NCBI GenBank assembly: GCA_027486675.1
Contig: JAIXOQ010000017.1
Span: 188,231-252,230 of the forward strand
DNA from: Pseudomonadota bacterium
GTDB lineage: Bacteria; Bdellovibrionota; UBA1018; CAIMNF01
Direction: 5' to 3'
Length of the DNA: 64,000 nucleotides
Shown: positions 28,849 to 38,914 of the stretch, piece by piece
Position numbering within the stretch: position 1 is the stretch's first letter
Layout of the letters: each line of letters begins with the position of its first letter
Program-made: the position numbers and the translations under genes
Notes under the pieces: generated by a model
What the model saw: the letters and a program-made list of their open reading frames with translations, nothing else
Told to the model about the DNA's origin: nothing
Database searches by the model: none

Positions 28849-30444
28849 ATGTCCGTCACCAAACGACCGCAAGTCCTTATCATTGGTTCAGGAATCGCCG
28901 GCTTAACCGCCGCGCTCCGGTGCGCACGCTTTGCGAGCGTCACACTATTGGCGAAAGACACACTCCTCGAAAGCAACACTCTTTATGCCCAAGGCGGCAT
29001 CGCATCTGTTTGGTCAGATGCAGATTCATTTGAATCCCACATTGAGGACACCTTGCGCGCCGGCGCAGGACTTTGCAGAGCTGATGCAGTGAATGCGGCA
29101 GTCCGAGATGGACCCACCCATGTCGCGCGCCTGATCGAACTGGGCGCACAGTTTGTACGAGGCTCAGATCATGGAATTGACCTTCACCAAGAGGGGGGCC
29201 ACTCACACCGACGCATTCTTCACGACCACGATGCCTCAGGGCGCGCCATTCAAGCTGCTCTGGTTGAGAATGTTCGCAAAAATCAAAGTATTCGCGTGCT
29301 CGAGCACTCTGCCGCGATCGACCTCATCATGGAGAACAAGCTCCTTCGTAAGGACAAAGATAAAAACTTAGGACAGTGCTTAGGTGCGTATGTTTTGGAC
29401 ACAAAATCAGGTGCAATCCAACCTTTTGCCGCAGATCTAACCGTTCTAGCTACAGGCGGCGCAGGAAAGGTTTACCTTTATACCACCAACCCCGATGTCG
29501 CTACCGGCGACGGGATTGCTATGGCCGCACGCGCTCGGGCACGAATCGCGAATTTAGAATTCATGCAATTTCATCCCACCTGCCTCTTTCATCCCAACGC
29601 CAAGAATTTTCTGATTACAGAAGCGATTCGAGGTGAAGGTGCTGTTTTAAGAAATCTACAGGGCGAGGCTTTTATGAAGGGCCGCCACCCTATGGCAGAT
29701 CTCGCGCCTAGGGACATAGTCGCCCGCGCAATTGATGAAGAATTAAAACGTGTGGATGCCCCACACGTCTGGCTCGATATTTCACCGATTACAGACTTTG
29801 ATGTAAAATTTCCTACGATCTCAAAACGCTGCCGTGAACTGGGTATAGAACCCAAAGATGGGATTCCAGTGATTCCTGCAGCGCACTATTTGTGCGGCGG
29901 GGTGCTCACCGATCTTGTAGGACGGACCTCTATTCCGGGACTTGCTGCTATCGGAGAAGTCGCCTGCACTGGGTTACATGGATCGAATCGCCTTGCAAGC
30001 AACTCTCTTTTAGAGGGCCTCGTCTTTGCGCACCGGCTGGCGGATTGGGCAGAAAACGAAATTGAATACCATCGCACTCGAGTGAAGCCCGCGAACCTTC
30101 CGGTATGGGATATGGGTCGCGCGGTTGATATCGAAGAGCGCATCGACATCAGCGCATCCTGGAGAGAGATCAGAACCTTGATGTGGAACTATGTCGGCAT
30201 CATTAGAAGCGATCGCAGGCTGAAGCGCGCTCAGGAACGATTGCTGCAAATCAGGCACGAGGTGAATGAAGATTACTGGAAATTCAAGGTGAACCGAGAG
30301 CTTTTGGAATTAAGAAATCTTTTAACCGTGGCTGAACTCATTGTAGAGTGCGCCCTCTCACGCAAAGAGAGTCGGGGCCTACACGCGAACGTCGACTACC
30401 CCGAAAGGGATGATCGGAACTTCTTAAAGGATACCGTCATTTGA
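28849..30444 (+). CDS. nadB: L-aspartate oxidase
   Basis: FAD fold VLIIGSGIAGL. YAQGGIA. RxxHxxxDxxGR-like HSHRRILHDHDASG. HYLCGGV. Start chosen at MSVTKRPQVLIIGSG. Confidence 0.85.
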   Translation: MSVTKRPQVLIIGSGIAGLTAALRCARFASVTLLAKDTLLESNTLYAQGGIASVWSDADSFESHIEDTLRAGAGLCRADAVNAAVRDGPTHVARLIELGAQFVRGSDHGIDLHQEGGHSHRRILHDHDASGRAIQAALVENVRKNQSIRVLEHSAAIDLIMENKLLRKDKDKNLGQCLGAYVLDTKSGAIQPFAADLTVLATGGAGKVYLYTTNPDVATGDGIAMAARARARIANLEFMQFHPTCLFHPNAKNFLITEAIRGEGAVLRNLQGEAFMKGRHPMADLAPRDIVARAIDEELKRVDAPHVWLDISPITDFDVKFPTISKRCRELGIEPKDGIPVIPAAHYLCGGVLTDLVGRTSIPGLAAIGEVACTGLHGSNRLASNSLLEGLVFAHRLADWAENEIEYHRTRVKPANLPVWDMGRAVDIEERIDISASWREIRTLMWNYVGIIRSDRRLKRAQERLLQIRHEVNEDYWKFKVNRELLELRNLLTVAELIVECALSRKESRGLHANVDYPERDDRNFLKDTVI

Positions 30445-30478
30445 CATTTTAAGCATTTTTGGTGGATACCATTCGAAT

Positions 30479-31009
30479 ATGATCCTTGCATTTGCGATGA
30501 CCCTAAGCGCCCACGCCCTCACCCCAAAACTACTTTCAGAGCCCGCCAATTACCAAAGTGGCGTGAAACAAACCTCAATCAAACAGGTCACTGTAACTGC
30601 ACCTGCGGGCCAGGTTTTTGTATTTGCTCGCAAGGAAAAAGAGGTACTCGTGGAGTGTGAATTTGACCCTGAATACCAACCAAAAATTTCAAAAACGACC
30701 CACACCGTAACAGTGACCATCGCCCCTAAGACCTACGAAACGCTGCGTTGCGCGATTGGATACCCGGCCGACTCCGAGCTCAAGTTATCGTTAGAGTCAG
30801 GTCAAATTGAAATGAGCGGAGTGAAATCAGCCGCTGATATCTCGCTTAAGTCAGGGACAGTTCGAATTAAAAACACAGTCTGGCCAGAAGTCAGATACGA
30901 AGCAAACCTCACAAACGGTTCCAGCACCCCAGTCTTAGACGCCTCAAAAGATCCAAAGGCTCCACTCATCCGCGTGAAAGTGGAGAGTGGGATGATTCAA
31001 GCTCTTTAA
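30479..31009 (+). CDS. Small secreted hypothetical protein
   Basis: 176 aa. Signal peptide ILAFAMTLSAHALTP. Confidence 0.5.
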   Translation: MILAFAMTLSAHALTPKLLSEPANYQSGVKQTSIKQVTVTAPAGQVFVFARKEKEVLVECEFDPEYQPKISKTTHTVTVTIAPKTYETLRCAIGYPADSELKLSLESGQIEMSGVKSAADISLKSGTVRIKNTVWPEVRYEANLTNGSSTPVLDASKDPKAPLIRVKVESGMIQAL

Positions 31010-31149
31010 GGCTGTGTTGGAATTCCGTTTTGTAGGTCCTGAGATGCCTTTTGCATCTTAAAATAGCTATTTAAAGTAAACATACAAAGCACTGCGACGA
31101 TCAGGAACGCACCCACTCCAATGACTACTGCTTTCTTCTGTAACGCCAT
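31006..31149 (-). CDS. Unlisted 47-aa single-TM small protein immediately downstream of gpx
   Basis: Translation on the minus strand reads MALQKKAVVIGVGAFLIVAVLCMFTLNSYFKMQKASQDLQNGIPTQP. A perfect AAGGAG lies 6 nt upstream of the ATG, embedded in the gpx 3' end. It is shorter than the 60-aa cut-off of the ORF track. Confidence 0.45.
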   Translation of the reverse strand: MALQKKAVVIGVGAFLIVAVLCMFTLNSYFKMQKASQDLQNGIPTQP

Positions 31150-31152
31150 GAA

Positions 31153-31647
31153 TCACTCCTTCTTACTACCAAGCACAGCCTCAATATCAGAGGTCATGGA
31201 CTCAGGCTTGTCCTGTGGTGCATAGCGCTTCACAACTCTTCCTGAAGGATCGACCAAAAACTTCGTAAAGTTCCACTTGATCCCCTCAGTGCCAAGAATT
31301 CCTGGAGCCGCACTTTTTAAAGCTGAAAACAACGGGTGAGCATTCTCACCATTGACATCCACTTTCGCAAACATTGGAAAAGTGACTTCATAGGTTAAAG
31401 AACAAAAGTTTTTGATTTCTGCTTCGTCCCCAGGTTCCTGCGCTCCGAACTGGTTGCAGGGAAAGCCAAGAACGAGAAACCCTCGATCTTTGTAGGACTG
31501 ATAAAGAGTTTCTAAGCCCGAGTACTGCGATGTAAAACCGCACTTGCTTGCGACGTTCACGATGAGAAGCGGGTGCCCTTTATACTCGGATAGCTTGAGC
31601 GCTTTACCTTCGATCGTTTTTACTTCTATTCCATACAGATCGGTCAT
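31153..31647 (-). CDS. gpx: Glutathione peroxidase
   Basis: VNVASKCGFT and LGFPCNQFGAQEPG motifs. Start chosen at MTDLYGIEV. Confidence 0.85.
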   Translation of the reverse strand: MTDLYGIEVKTIEGKALKLSEYKGHPLLIVNVASKCGFTSQYSGLETLYQSYKDRGFLVLGFPCNQFGAQEPGDEAEIKNFCSLTYEVTFPMFAKVDVNGENAHPLFSALKSAAPGILGTEGIKWNFTKFLVDPSGRVVKRYAPQDKPESMTSDIEAVLGSKKE

Positions 31648-32306
31648 AACAATTTTTTCCCTTTTCGATTCTGATTCCAAACCTTCAGTGCCGATGCAAA
31701 GACTGGAAGCAACGACACAAACACAACGACAACAATGAGCTTATCCAAACGATTTGCAAGTTGAGTCTGCCCAAGCAGATTGCCGGCCCAGGTCAGGCCT
31801 ACGATCCAAATCAACCCACCTAGAACACTCCATGCAAAATAGCGACGGTAGGACATCCGAGCAACACCTGCCGCAAACGGAACAAAAGTGCGAAAAATTG
31901 GGATAAACCTACACCCAACAATCGCTTTAGGGCCATTTCGTTCATAGAACGCATGGGCCGCAGTTAGGTGTTTCTTCTTAAAAAAGCGCCCGTCGGGTCG
32001 ATCAAAAATGGCATGTCCCGCCCGAAAGCCAAGAAAGTAGCCAACATTGTCACCGCAGATTGCAGCAAGGACCAAAACGACTTGAACCAGCAAAAGATCA
32101 AACCCCGGCAGATGCAAAGGATGCAGTTCTTGGGTCAACACACCGACCGTGATCAGAAGGCTATCGCCTGGCAGGAAAAAACCCGCGAGCAAACCCGTTT
32201 CAGCAAAGATGATGAATGCAGCTAGACCTAAGCCGCCACTTGCAAGCATCTGCATCAAGGCTTCGGAATTGTGTAGGGACTGAACCCAGTGAAGAATTTC
32301 GGTCAT
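31644..32306 (-). CDS. DedA/SNARE-associated family membrane protein
   Basis: GFFLPGDSLL and FIPIFRTFVPFAAGVARM motifs. 220 aa. Confidence 0.8.
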   Translation of the reverse strand: MTEILHWVQSLHNSEALMQMLASGGLGLAAFIIFAETGLLAGFFLPGDSLLITVGVLTQELHPLHLPGFDLLLVQVVLVLAAICGDNVGYFLGFRAGHAIFDRPDGRFFKKKHLTAAHAFYERNGPKAIVGCRFIPIFRTFVPFAAGVARMSYRRYFAWSVLGGLIWIVGLTWAGNLLGQTQLANRLDKLIVVVVFVSLLPVFASALKVWNQNRKGKKLL

Positions 32307-32321
32307 GGTAGACCACGGAGT

Positions 32322-33569
32322 CTACCACTGACGGCTTAAGCGGGCATCGGGGTAGTAGTGGGAAAGAATCTGATCTCGTTTGTAGCCGCGCTCACCCATG
32401 GCTTTGGCGCCCCATTGGCACAAGCCCACTCCATGGCCGTAGCCCCTGCCCCTAAAGACGGCACTGACGCCCTCCATTGAGACCTGAAACTGAGTGCTCT
32501 TCATCAGAACCGGACTGACCCAGTTTCTAAATCGGTAGGCGTTTACACTTGCTGTTCTTGCGGGCCGACCTTCTGTCCGGGAGATGAACTTGAGCTCCAC
32601 TTCTTGCTCCTTGGTTTGAGTAGCGAGCGCTAGTTTTGGCTGCACAGCAGTCAGCAGCCATGCGGCTGGATTCAAGTGAAACCAACTGGGTAAAGCTGAT
32701 TTTGCATCCGGATCCGATTTAAGAGCTCGTTCAATTTTTGTCTGCATGTCGAGGTTAGAAACTCGGAGTGACCATTCAGAGACCGGACTACGCGCACAAA
32801 ATGAGCAAGGCACGCCCCTTCGAAATCCAGCCACTTTTGCGCCCCAAACTTGTTCGGGCACGACCGTCGACCCACCGCAGGTTGAATGATAAAAAGCCTT
32901 TATTGGACCCCTTCCCTTCTTATCTGAAAGAATCATCCCCCGGGTCGCACGAACCAACTCGCGCCCTAAGGCGTCCACTCGGTCTAACCCTGCATACACC
33001 TGATCTTTTTCAGAGGATTCAACGTCATAGAGCTTTTTTAAATCACGTCTAGCTTCAAGCATCTGGTACCAAGCATATGTCCGAGACGCGATGACTTGCG
33101 CCTCAACCGCTTCCTTTGCCCACTTTGAATTGAACTCTGAGTTTACGACTGACTCTAAATAAAGCTCAATCGGAAGATGGTTCACTACGATGCAGGCTGA
33201 ATCGACTGGATACACCCTGATTTCCTCCGGGTAACGTTTCCCATTCAGATTTAAAATTCCATCTGCACTGGAAATGACGACCCCACCGCGAGGTATTCTG
33301 CGAACACCATTTGCATCGGAACGGCCGAGCGTTTGATCACGACAGTCGATCCACCATTCAGAAGCGGGCACCGACACACCCCGGTCGGGACGAGCTGCAA
33401 GACCCACTACGAGCCTATCCCCAGTGATTCGGAAAAACTGCCCCTCAGGATTCACTCGAACACGAACCCTAGGTGCAGAATCATCGTCACGGAGTGAACG
33501 CAAGACAGTGGCAGGCCTCTCGACCGAAGCCAGACTGGTCAGGGATAAAAGAAGGAAGAAAGCGTTCAC
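32322..33569 (-). CDS. SpoIID/LytB-domain protein (lytic transglycosylase-like)
   Basis: Signal peptide. AQVIASRTYAW. DQVYAG. AFYHSTCGGST motifs. Confidence 0.8.
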   Translation of the reverse strand: MNAFFLLLSLTSLASVERPATVLRSLRDDDSAPRVRVRVNPEGQFFRITGDRLVVGLAARPDRGVSVPASEWWIDCRDQTLGRSDANGVRRIPRGGVVISSADGILNLNGKRYPEEIRVYPVDSACIVVNHLPIELYLESVVNSEFNSKWAKEAVEAQVIASRTYAWYQMLEARRDLKKLYDVESSEKDQVYAGLDRVDALGRELVRATRGMILSDKKGRGPIKAFYHSTCGGSTVVPEQVWGAKVAGFRRGVPCSFCARSPVSEWSLRVSNLDMQTKIERALKSDPDAKSALPSWFHLNPAAWLLTAVQPKLALATQTKEQEVELKFISRTEGRPARTASVNAYRFRNWVSPVLMKSTQFQVSMEGVSAVFRGRGYGHGVGLCQWGAKAMGERGYKRDQILSHYYPDARLSRQW

Positions 33570-33625
33570 CCTCCTATTGTCAGGACTTGGAACTCAATCC
33601 ACCAACCGTGGAAAATTGACGCTTT

Positions 33626-34672
33626 CTACCAGTTCAAGAGGTAGGCAAAGACCAGAGGCGCCACTATGGTCGCGTCGGACTCAATAATGTACTTGGGAGT
33701 ATCTACGGCGAGTTTGCCCCAGGTGATTTTCTCGTTCGGCACGGCACCCGAATAAGAGCCATAACTGGTTGTGGAATCGCTGATCTGGCAGAAGTAGCCC
33801 CATAGGCGAACCTTCTGTCCCAAATCCTTGTCGATCATAGGAACGACGCAGATTGGAAAGTCCCCTGCGATCCCGCCCCCAATTTGGAAGAAGCCGATGG
33901 AAGCCGACTTGGAAGTCTCTTGATACCACTGGGCGAGTTCGGTCATGTACTCGATCCCACTGCGGACCGTGTGAACGTTCTTCACGCGACCGGTGATGAC
34001 ATATGAGGTGTACATATTGCCGAGCGTGGAATCTTCCCAGCCTGGAACAAAGATCGGAATATTCTTTTCACATGCGGCAAGCAGCCAACTGTCTTTGATG
34101 TCGATCTCTGCTACTTTCTGAAACCTTTCTTGGCGTAACGCTTGATAGAAGTACTCGTGAGGAAAATATCTTTTTCCCTCTTTCTCAGCCGCAAGCCAAA
34201 GATCTTCCATCACCCGCCAAATGCGCTTCATCGCTTCTTCTTCAGGGATGCAAGTGTCCGTCACTCGATTTAATCCGCGTGCAAGCAACGCCCCTTCTTG
34301 TTCCGCTGTCAGATCACGGTAATTGGGAATGCGCTCGTAGTGGCTATGGGCCACCATGTTGTAGATGTCTTCTTCTAGGTTCGCACCTGTGCAGCTAATT
34401 CCATGCACCTTGCCTTGGCGGATCATTTCAGCCAATGAAAGCCCGAGCTCTGCGGTGCTCATGGCACCAGCCAAAGTGACGAACATCTTGCCGCCTGAGT
34501 CCAAGTGACGTTGATAACCCGCAGCGGCGTCAACTAAAGCAGCTGCATTGAAGTGGCGATAATGGTGGCGGATGAACTTTGAAACAGGACCTAAGGTTTG
34601 CATATGCGACACATATTGCGTGAATGCGGTGCCAGTTTGCAAGGGGAAGCCACATTCGTCCCATTGGCTCAT
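33626..34672 (-). CDS. Deoxyhypusine synthase-like protein
   Basis: 348 aa. DHS-family blocks (MFVTLAGAMSTAELG, GISCTGANLEEDIY). Size is typical of bacterial DHS-like proteins. Confidence 0.65.
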   Translation of the reverse strand: MSQWDECGFPLQTGTAFTQYVSHMQTLGPVSKFIRHHYRHFNAAALVDAAAGYQRHLDSGGKMFVTLAGAMSTAELGLSLAEMIRQGKVHGISCTGANLEEDIYNMVAHSHYERIPNYRDLTAEQEGALLARGLNRVTDTCIPEEEAMKRIWRVMEDLWLAAEKEGKRYFPHEYFYQALRQERFQKVAEIDIKDSWLLAACEKNIPIFVPGWEDSTLGNMYTSYVITGRVKNVHTVRSGIEYMTELAQWYQETSKSASIGFFQIGGGIAGDFPICVVPMIDKDLGQKVRLWGYFCQISDSTTSYGSYSGAVPNEKITWGKLAVDTPKYIIESDATIVAPLVFAYLLNW

Positions 34673-34709
34673 TGATAAGATTTGATAATATTATCTATCT
34701 CGTAGCATA

Positions 34710-35921
34710 TTGGGCCTCGTGTCCTGGCTTCTGTTGGTATCCCTCATTTCTTTAGGACGAAGCTTCGAGCCAATTCCACTTCCCAACCTGGCTCCTTGTG
34801 AGTCATTAGTGACTCCTGAGGCACTCCGAAACTACGCCTCCCAGACATCGGATATCGAAAGATTTATTCTCTACTCCCAGCAGACAAGCGTTCGCTCTAA
34901 ACTTTTTCGAAGGGTGCAGAGTCTTCATATCGAAGCAGTGATTCTTCGCTCCTTCCTCAGAACTGAGTTCATTCTCAAGGACATGGAAGATCTGCGGGGA
35001 GAGATAGAGAATGGAACAATATCACCGGGAAATGCGTTTCAAAGTGTCCATGATCTCCAGTCTCGCCTCAATATTTTAGCGATCGATTTCGCGCGGTTCT
35101 CAAAAGCATTGCAACCTAATCCCGCATCAGGAGATGCATTCGAAGAGTCCACAGAACGACTCAAAAACATCGTGCAGATCCAAATCCATCCCGAAATTAA
35201 AGTTCTAAAAGCCCAAGTTGAATTCCCTGCATTTGCCGGTGATTGGAAGATTAAAAAATCATACGCCAAAATGGTGCGCTGGATGATGGAACAATCTCAC
35301 CAACCTTCGGATGCTTTTATCACTCGCGCGGGCAGCGAGAATACGATATCCATTCACGATTCAAGAACCGTCCAAAGAGTAGCGGCACAAATTCTGATAC
35401 AGGAGTCGGCACTGATTCCTACATCCAACATTCTTGAAATTGGTTACGGCAGTATTCCGATTCTCAGTTATCTCCATCAGAAGATCGCACCTGAAGGTGC
35501 CACCTTCGGAGTGGACCTACACACTGTCCCAGAGGACTTTGCGGCGCCAAACAGTCCAGTCCGACTATTTGAATCGAAAACACCTACAGCACCGACACTG
35601 ACGAAGGAACTTAAGATCAAAGGCCGGTTTCAATTGATCTACGGGGTTGATGTCTTTAAGGATTACTCGAAATTTGGCGTCCCGCTTCAAATTGCCAACA
35701 AAACTAAATACCTCAGATGGATCCGGTCACTCCTCTCGGATGAGGGATACTTTGTGATCATCAATGATGACTTCAGAAGACCTCATGTTTTTTCAGATGA
35801 GCAACTTGAAGCAGCAGGGCTTACGACATTAAAGACGCAATCCGTTCGTTACAAGAACCAACGACAACTCACCTATTGGGTGATTGGGTCTAAGGTTTCT
35901 CCCGAGGCAAGAAAGCCTTAA
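34710..35921 (+). CDS. Secreted hypothetical protein with a C-terminal region resembling a class I SAM-methyltransferase motif I
   Basis: Signal peptide [23 protein letters not shown] resembles the (V/I)LE(V/I)GxGxG motif. Confidence 0.5.
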   Translation: MGLVSWLLLVSLISLGRSFEPIPLPNLAPCESLVTPEALRNYASQTSDIERFILYSQQTSVRSKLFRRVQSLHIEAVILRSFLRTEFILKDMEDLRGEIENGTISPGNAFQSVHDLQSRLNILAIDFARFSKALQPNPASGDAFEESTERLKNIVQIQIHPEIKVLKAQVEFPAFAGDWKIKKSYAKMVRWMMEQSHQPSDAFITRAGSENTISIHDSRTVQRVAAQILIQESALIPTSNILEIGYGSIPILSYLHQKIAPEGATFGVDLHTVPEDFAAPNSPVRLFESKTPTAPTLTKELKIKGRFQLIYGVDVFKDYSKFGVPLQIANKTKYLRWIRSLLSDEGYFVIINDDFRRPHVFSDEQLEAAGLTTLKTQSVRYKNQRQLTYWVIGSKVSPEARKP

Positions 35922-36630
35922 AGAGCTCAATCGGAAACGGGACGATCGTGGTCGTAGCACGTTCCGAGGCAATTTCACGAATCGTTTGCAAGTACCTAAG
36001 CTGAAGCGACATGGGTTCCCGGTCCATATTCTTTGCAGCTTCAGCAAGCTTAAACGAAGCCTCAAGCTCCCCTTCCGCGGAAATCACTTTCGCGCGCCGC
36101 TCACGCTCGGCCTCAGCTTGTTTTGCCATCGATCTCTGCATGTCAGGCGGCAAATCGACCTGCTTCACCTCGACATGACTCACCTTCACTCCCCACGGCA
36201 GAGTGTGAGTATCTAAGATGGCTTGAATTCGCTGATTGATGGCATCCCGAGAGGAAAGCAAAGCATCGAGATCCGACTGGCCGACTACGGATCTGAGCGT
36301 GGTCTGCGCAAGTTTCGATGTTGCCATCAAGTAATTCTCAACCTCCATTACCGCTTTGATGGGATCGATCGCACGCACATAAACCACTGCGTTTACCTTT
36401 ATAGTCACATTGTCCCTAGAAATAATGTCCTGAGATGGGACGTCTAGGGTGATCGTCCTTAAATCGACACGCACTAGTGAATCAAGGACTGGAACGACAA
36501 TCACCATCCCTGGGCCGCGTGCAGCCGACAGACGACCTAATCTAAAGTGCACACCGCGTTCATATTCTTTGAGAACCTTGATCGAACTGAACACCAATAC
36601 AAGCACGGCAACAAGAAGCAAAAAACTCAT
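35890..36630 (-). CDS. SPFH/band-7 (stomatin/QmcA-like) membrane protein
   Basis: N-terminal [25 protein letters not shown]-terminal Ala/Glu-rich helix. Start chosen at MSFLLLVAV. Confidence 0.8.
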   Translation of the reverse strand: MSFLLLVAVLVLVFSSIKVLKEYERGVHFRLGRLSAARGPGMVIVVPVLDSLVRVDLRTITLDVPSQDIISRDNVTIKVNAVVYVRAIDPIKAVMEVENYLMATSKLAQTTLRSVVGQSDLDALLSSRDAINQRIQAILDTHTLPWGVKVSHVEVKQVDLPPDMQRSMAKQAEAERERRAKVISAEGELEASFKLAEAAKNMDREPMSLQLRYLQTIREIASERATTTIVPFPIELFKAFLPREKP

Positions 36631-37358
36631 GATAACTCTCTCTTTTCTAATCCCAAAATTCCCATCGCTAACTGCAAATCTTTCCATGCCTCCTTCTTTG
36701 CCGGCGGATTACGCAGCAAATAGGCTGGATGAAAGGTTGCGATCAACTTCATCTGAACACCGTGCATTTCATACTCGTGAATCTGAGTCCTCAGATCTGA
36801 AATCGGCAGATCGGTACGGAGCAAGGCTTGAGCCGCAGATTTTCCCAGTGCCACTACAACTTTAGGACGCACAATCTTTATCTGACGCTCTAAAAATGAT
36901 ATGCAGGTTGCGACTTCTTCGACCTCAGGGGCGCGGTTTTCCGGAGGCCGACACTTCACGATGTTGGCGATAAAAACACCCGGGCGTGTCAGTCCCATCG
37001 CCTCGATCATTTTATTGAGCAATTGACCTGACCGACCTACAAATGGTTTTCCTGTGAGGTCTTCTTGCTCCCCTGGGCCTTCACCCACAAAAAAGATAGG
37101 CGACTTAGGATCACCATCGGAAAGCACAATCTGGGCACGACCACTGGAGAGCTTGCACCGAGTACAATCGTGCAGATCAGACGCAATCTGGCTCAGAGTG
37201 TCCTTTCCTGGAAAAGGTAGGCTTACGGGGATATCGGTTATTTTTACTCTCTGGGTTCGGGTGGATCGCTTACGCTTCATCACCATCGATCCCTCAGGCA
37301 ACCAGGCTTCAAGATTCTTCACGAAGCCAATGATCGCCGCCTTGCCTGCACGGCGCAA
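36627..37358 (-). CDS. Uracil-DNA glycosylase, family 4 (Fe-S type)
   Basis: [49 protein letters not shown]. Matches the Thermus UDGA recalled from memory. About 50-aa N-terminal extension. Confidence 0.8.
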   Translation of the reverse strand: MRRAGKAAIIGFVKNLEAWLPEGSMVMKRKRSTRTQRVKITDIPVSLPFPGKDTLSQIASDLHDCTRCKLSSGRAQIVLSDGDPKSPIFFVGEGPGEQEDLTGKPFVGRSGQLLNKMIEAMGLTRPGVFIANIVKCRPPENRAPEVEEVATCISFLERQIKIVRPKVVVALGKSAAQALLRTDLPISDLRTQIHEYEMHGVQMKLIATFHPAYLLRNPPAKKEAWKDLQLAMGILGLEKRELS

Positions 37359-37604
37359 CTACTGAAGACGATGCATGAGCTTACGCGCTTCAATGCCGCA
37401 CTCCGGGCAAGAAGCCTTCTCGTGAGTCGTGTTCAATGAGAAATCGGTGTAGTAATTAAAATGCAATCGAGCGCCACACTCGGCGCAATGCGAGTAATTC
37501 TGAACGAGTCGCTCAAGCGACCCTAAACGTGCTCTCTGTCTTCCCATTGGTTCGCCTTCCATGATCACGTTCCCCCTGAAGATCTCTTCGGAGTTCGTGC
37601 TCAC
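37359..37604 (-). CDS. Small zinc-ribbon protein
   Basis: 81 aa with CAECG...CPECG. Lies between trhO and udg on the same strand with no gap. Confidence 0.45.
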   Translation of the reverse strand: MSTNSEEIFRGNVIMEGEPMGRQRARLGSLERLVQNYSHCAECGARLHFNYYTDFSLNTTHEKASCPECGIEARKLMHRLQ

Positions 37605-37626
37605 GTATTCAATGGAACTTCTTTGC

Positions 37627-38334
37627 CTAAGCGGTCTTCATAGTACTCAGCGTTTCCCGATCGTCAAAAACAAAGCAGGCGCCTTCATAGTGGTCGTTGC
37701 CCACATTCTCGAGGTACCGGAGAATGCCACCCTCAAGCTGATAGACGTCCTTGAGGCCCAATTTTAAAGCCAAAGCGGATGCTTTTTCACAGCGAATTCC
37801 ACCTGTGCAAAACATGACAACTTTCTTATCTTGAAGGTCCTTGACCCTGGCACGAAGCTGTTCAGGAAAATCTCTAAAACGCTCTAATTTGAAATCGATA
37901 GCCCCCCGGAAGGTACCCTTTTCAATCTCATAGTCGTTGCGGGTGTCGAGCAACACAACGTCCTGCTCTGTATCAAGCCATTCCTTGAGTTCTTTCGGAC
38001 TCAGCCTTGCGCCGATCACTGCGTCGGGAGAAAGAGGCTCGCCAAAAGCGATCGTCTCTTTTTTTCGACGCACCTTGGTGCTCCAAAATGGAATTTTTTC
38101 GGAGTAAGAAATCTTCCAATCCACATTGTGAAATTCTGGCCAGTCGGACAGCTCCTGAGAGAAAGCCCGCCAGTTCTCTGGGGTAGCGCAAAAATTGGCA
38201 TTCCATCCTTCAGGGGCAATAATGAGGGTTCCGAAGATGTTGTGTTTATTGAGCAAAGCTTTCGCGCGTGCCTGCAATGCGCTTAGCTCTTGAAGCGGCA
38301 TAAACCGGTAAGACGCGGTATTTATGAACTGCAT
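37627..38334 (-). CDS. trhO: Rhodanese-domain tRNA uridine(34) hydroxylase TrhO/YceA family (UPF0176)
   Basis: Rhodanese active-site loop CTGGIRCEKA and the overall YceA pattern. Confidence 0.75.
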   Translation of the reverse strand: MQFINTASYRFMPLQELSALQARAKALLNKHNIFGTLIIAPEGWNANFCATPENWRAFSQELSDWPEFHNVDWKISYSEKIPFWSTKVRRKKETIAFGEPLSPDAVIGARLSPKELKEWLDTEQDVVLLDTRNDYEIEKGTFRGAIDFKLERFRDFPEQLRARVKDLQDKKVVMFCTGGIRCEKASALALKLGLKDVYQLEGGILRYLENVGNDHYEGACFVFDDRETLSTMKTA

Positions 38335-38819
38335 TATTCGGCAGAATTTACCAGAATCGAAGCGGGAACGCGACCACCGAGCAGGCCGCCCTTCACTTCC
38401 AAATCTGCATCGGGTTGGAGCGCTACCATCTCAAATGCAAATCGATGCAACGACGCGGCTGCGAGCTGTAAGTCTTCGATCCTTTCGCAGCTCCCTCGAT
38501 AAAGTTGAATGCGATATGCCCCAGCCGGTGCGTGGATCGAAAAATGGCCCTCTGCATCGGTCTGTGTCTCAATATTCAGTCGCCTGTCTCCAGCTGTGCT
38601 GCTGAGCACCACACGACTCGTCGTCCCCAAACATTCTGTGGGCGCCGAAACATACCCCTCCAGAGTTGCTTCCGAATGATCAGAAACTGAATCCATTGCC
38701 ATCTCGGTGTCTTTTGAGCGTTCCAGGAGCTTCAGGCGCAAAATTGGGCCCGAGCATGCAAATGCCAGCACCAAGGTTCCAGAAACCGCACTCAGGATCT
38801 TAAGACGTTTAGAGGCCAT
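38334..38819 (-). CDS. Lipoprotein with a carboxypeptidase-regulatory-like (CarboxypepD_reg) beta-sandwich region
   Basis: Lipobox LAFACSG. TDAEGHFSIHAPAGAYRIQL is typical of CarboxypepD_reg. Confidence 0.5.
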   Translation of the reverse strand: MASKRLKILSAVSGTLVLAFACSGPILRLKLLERSKDTEMAMDSVSDHSEATLEGYVSAPTECLGTTSRVVLSSTAGDRRLNIETQTDAEGHFSIHAPAGAYRIQLYRGSCERIEDLQLAAASLHRFAFEMVALQPDADLEVKGGLLGGRVPASILVNSAE

Positions 38820-38914
38820 GCCAACTTTCTCAACGTCCTATTCGGCGGAAAAACAAAAGTTCTGAAGTAAAAGCGGATAGCTCAACTTAGGGTTTTGGGT
38901 GTAAATTTTGGCGC

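Noticed and set aside
31013-31045. Hairpin AGATGC-ctttt-GCATCT after the 30479-31009 gene
   Set aside because: It lies inside the better-supported small minus-strand ORF, and it lacks a U-tract.
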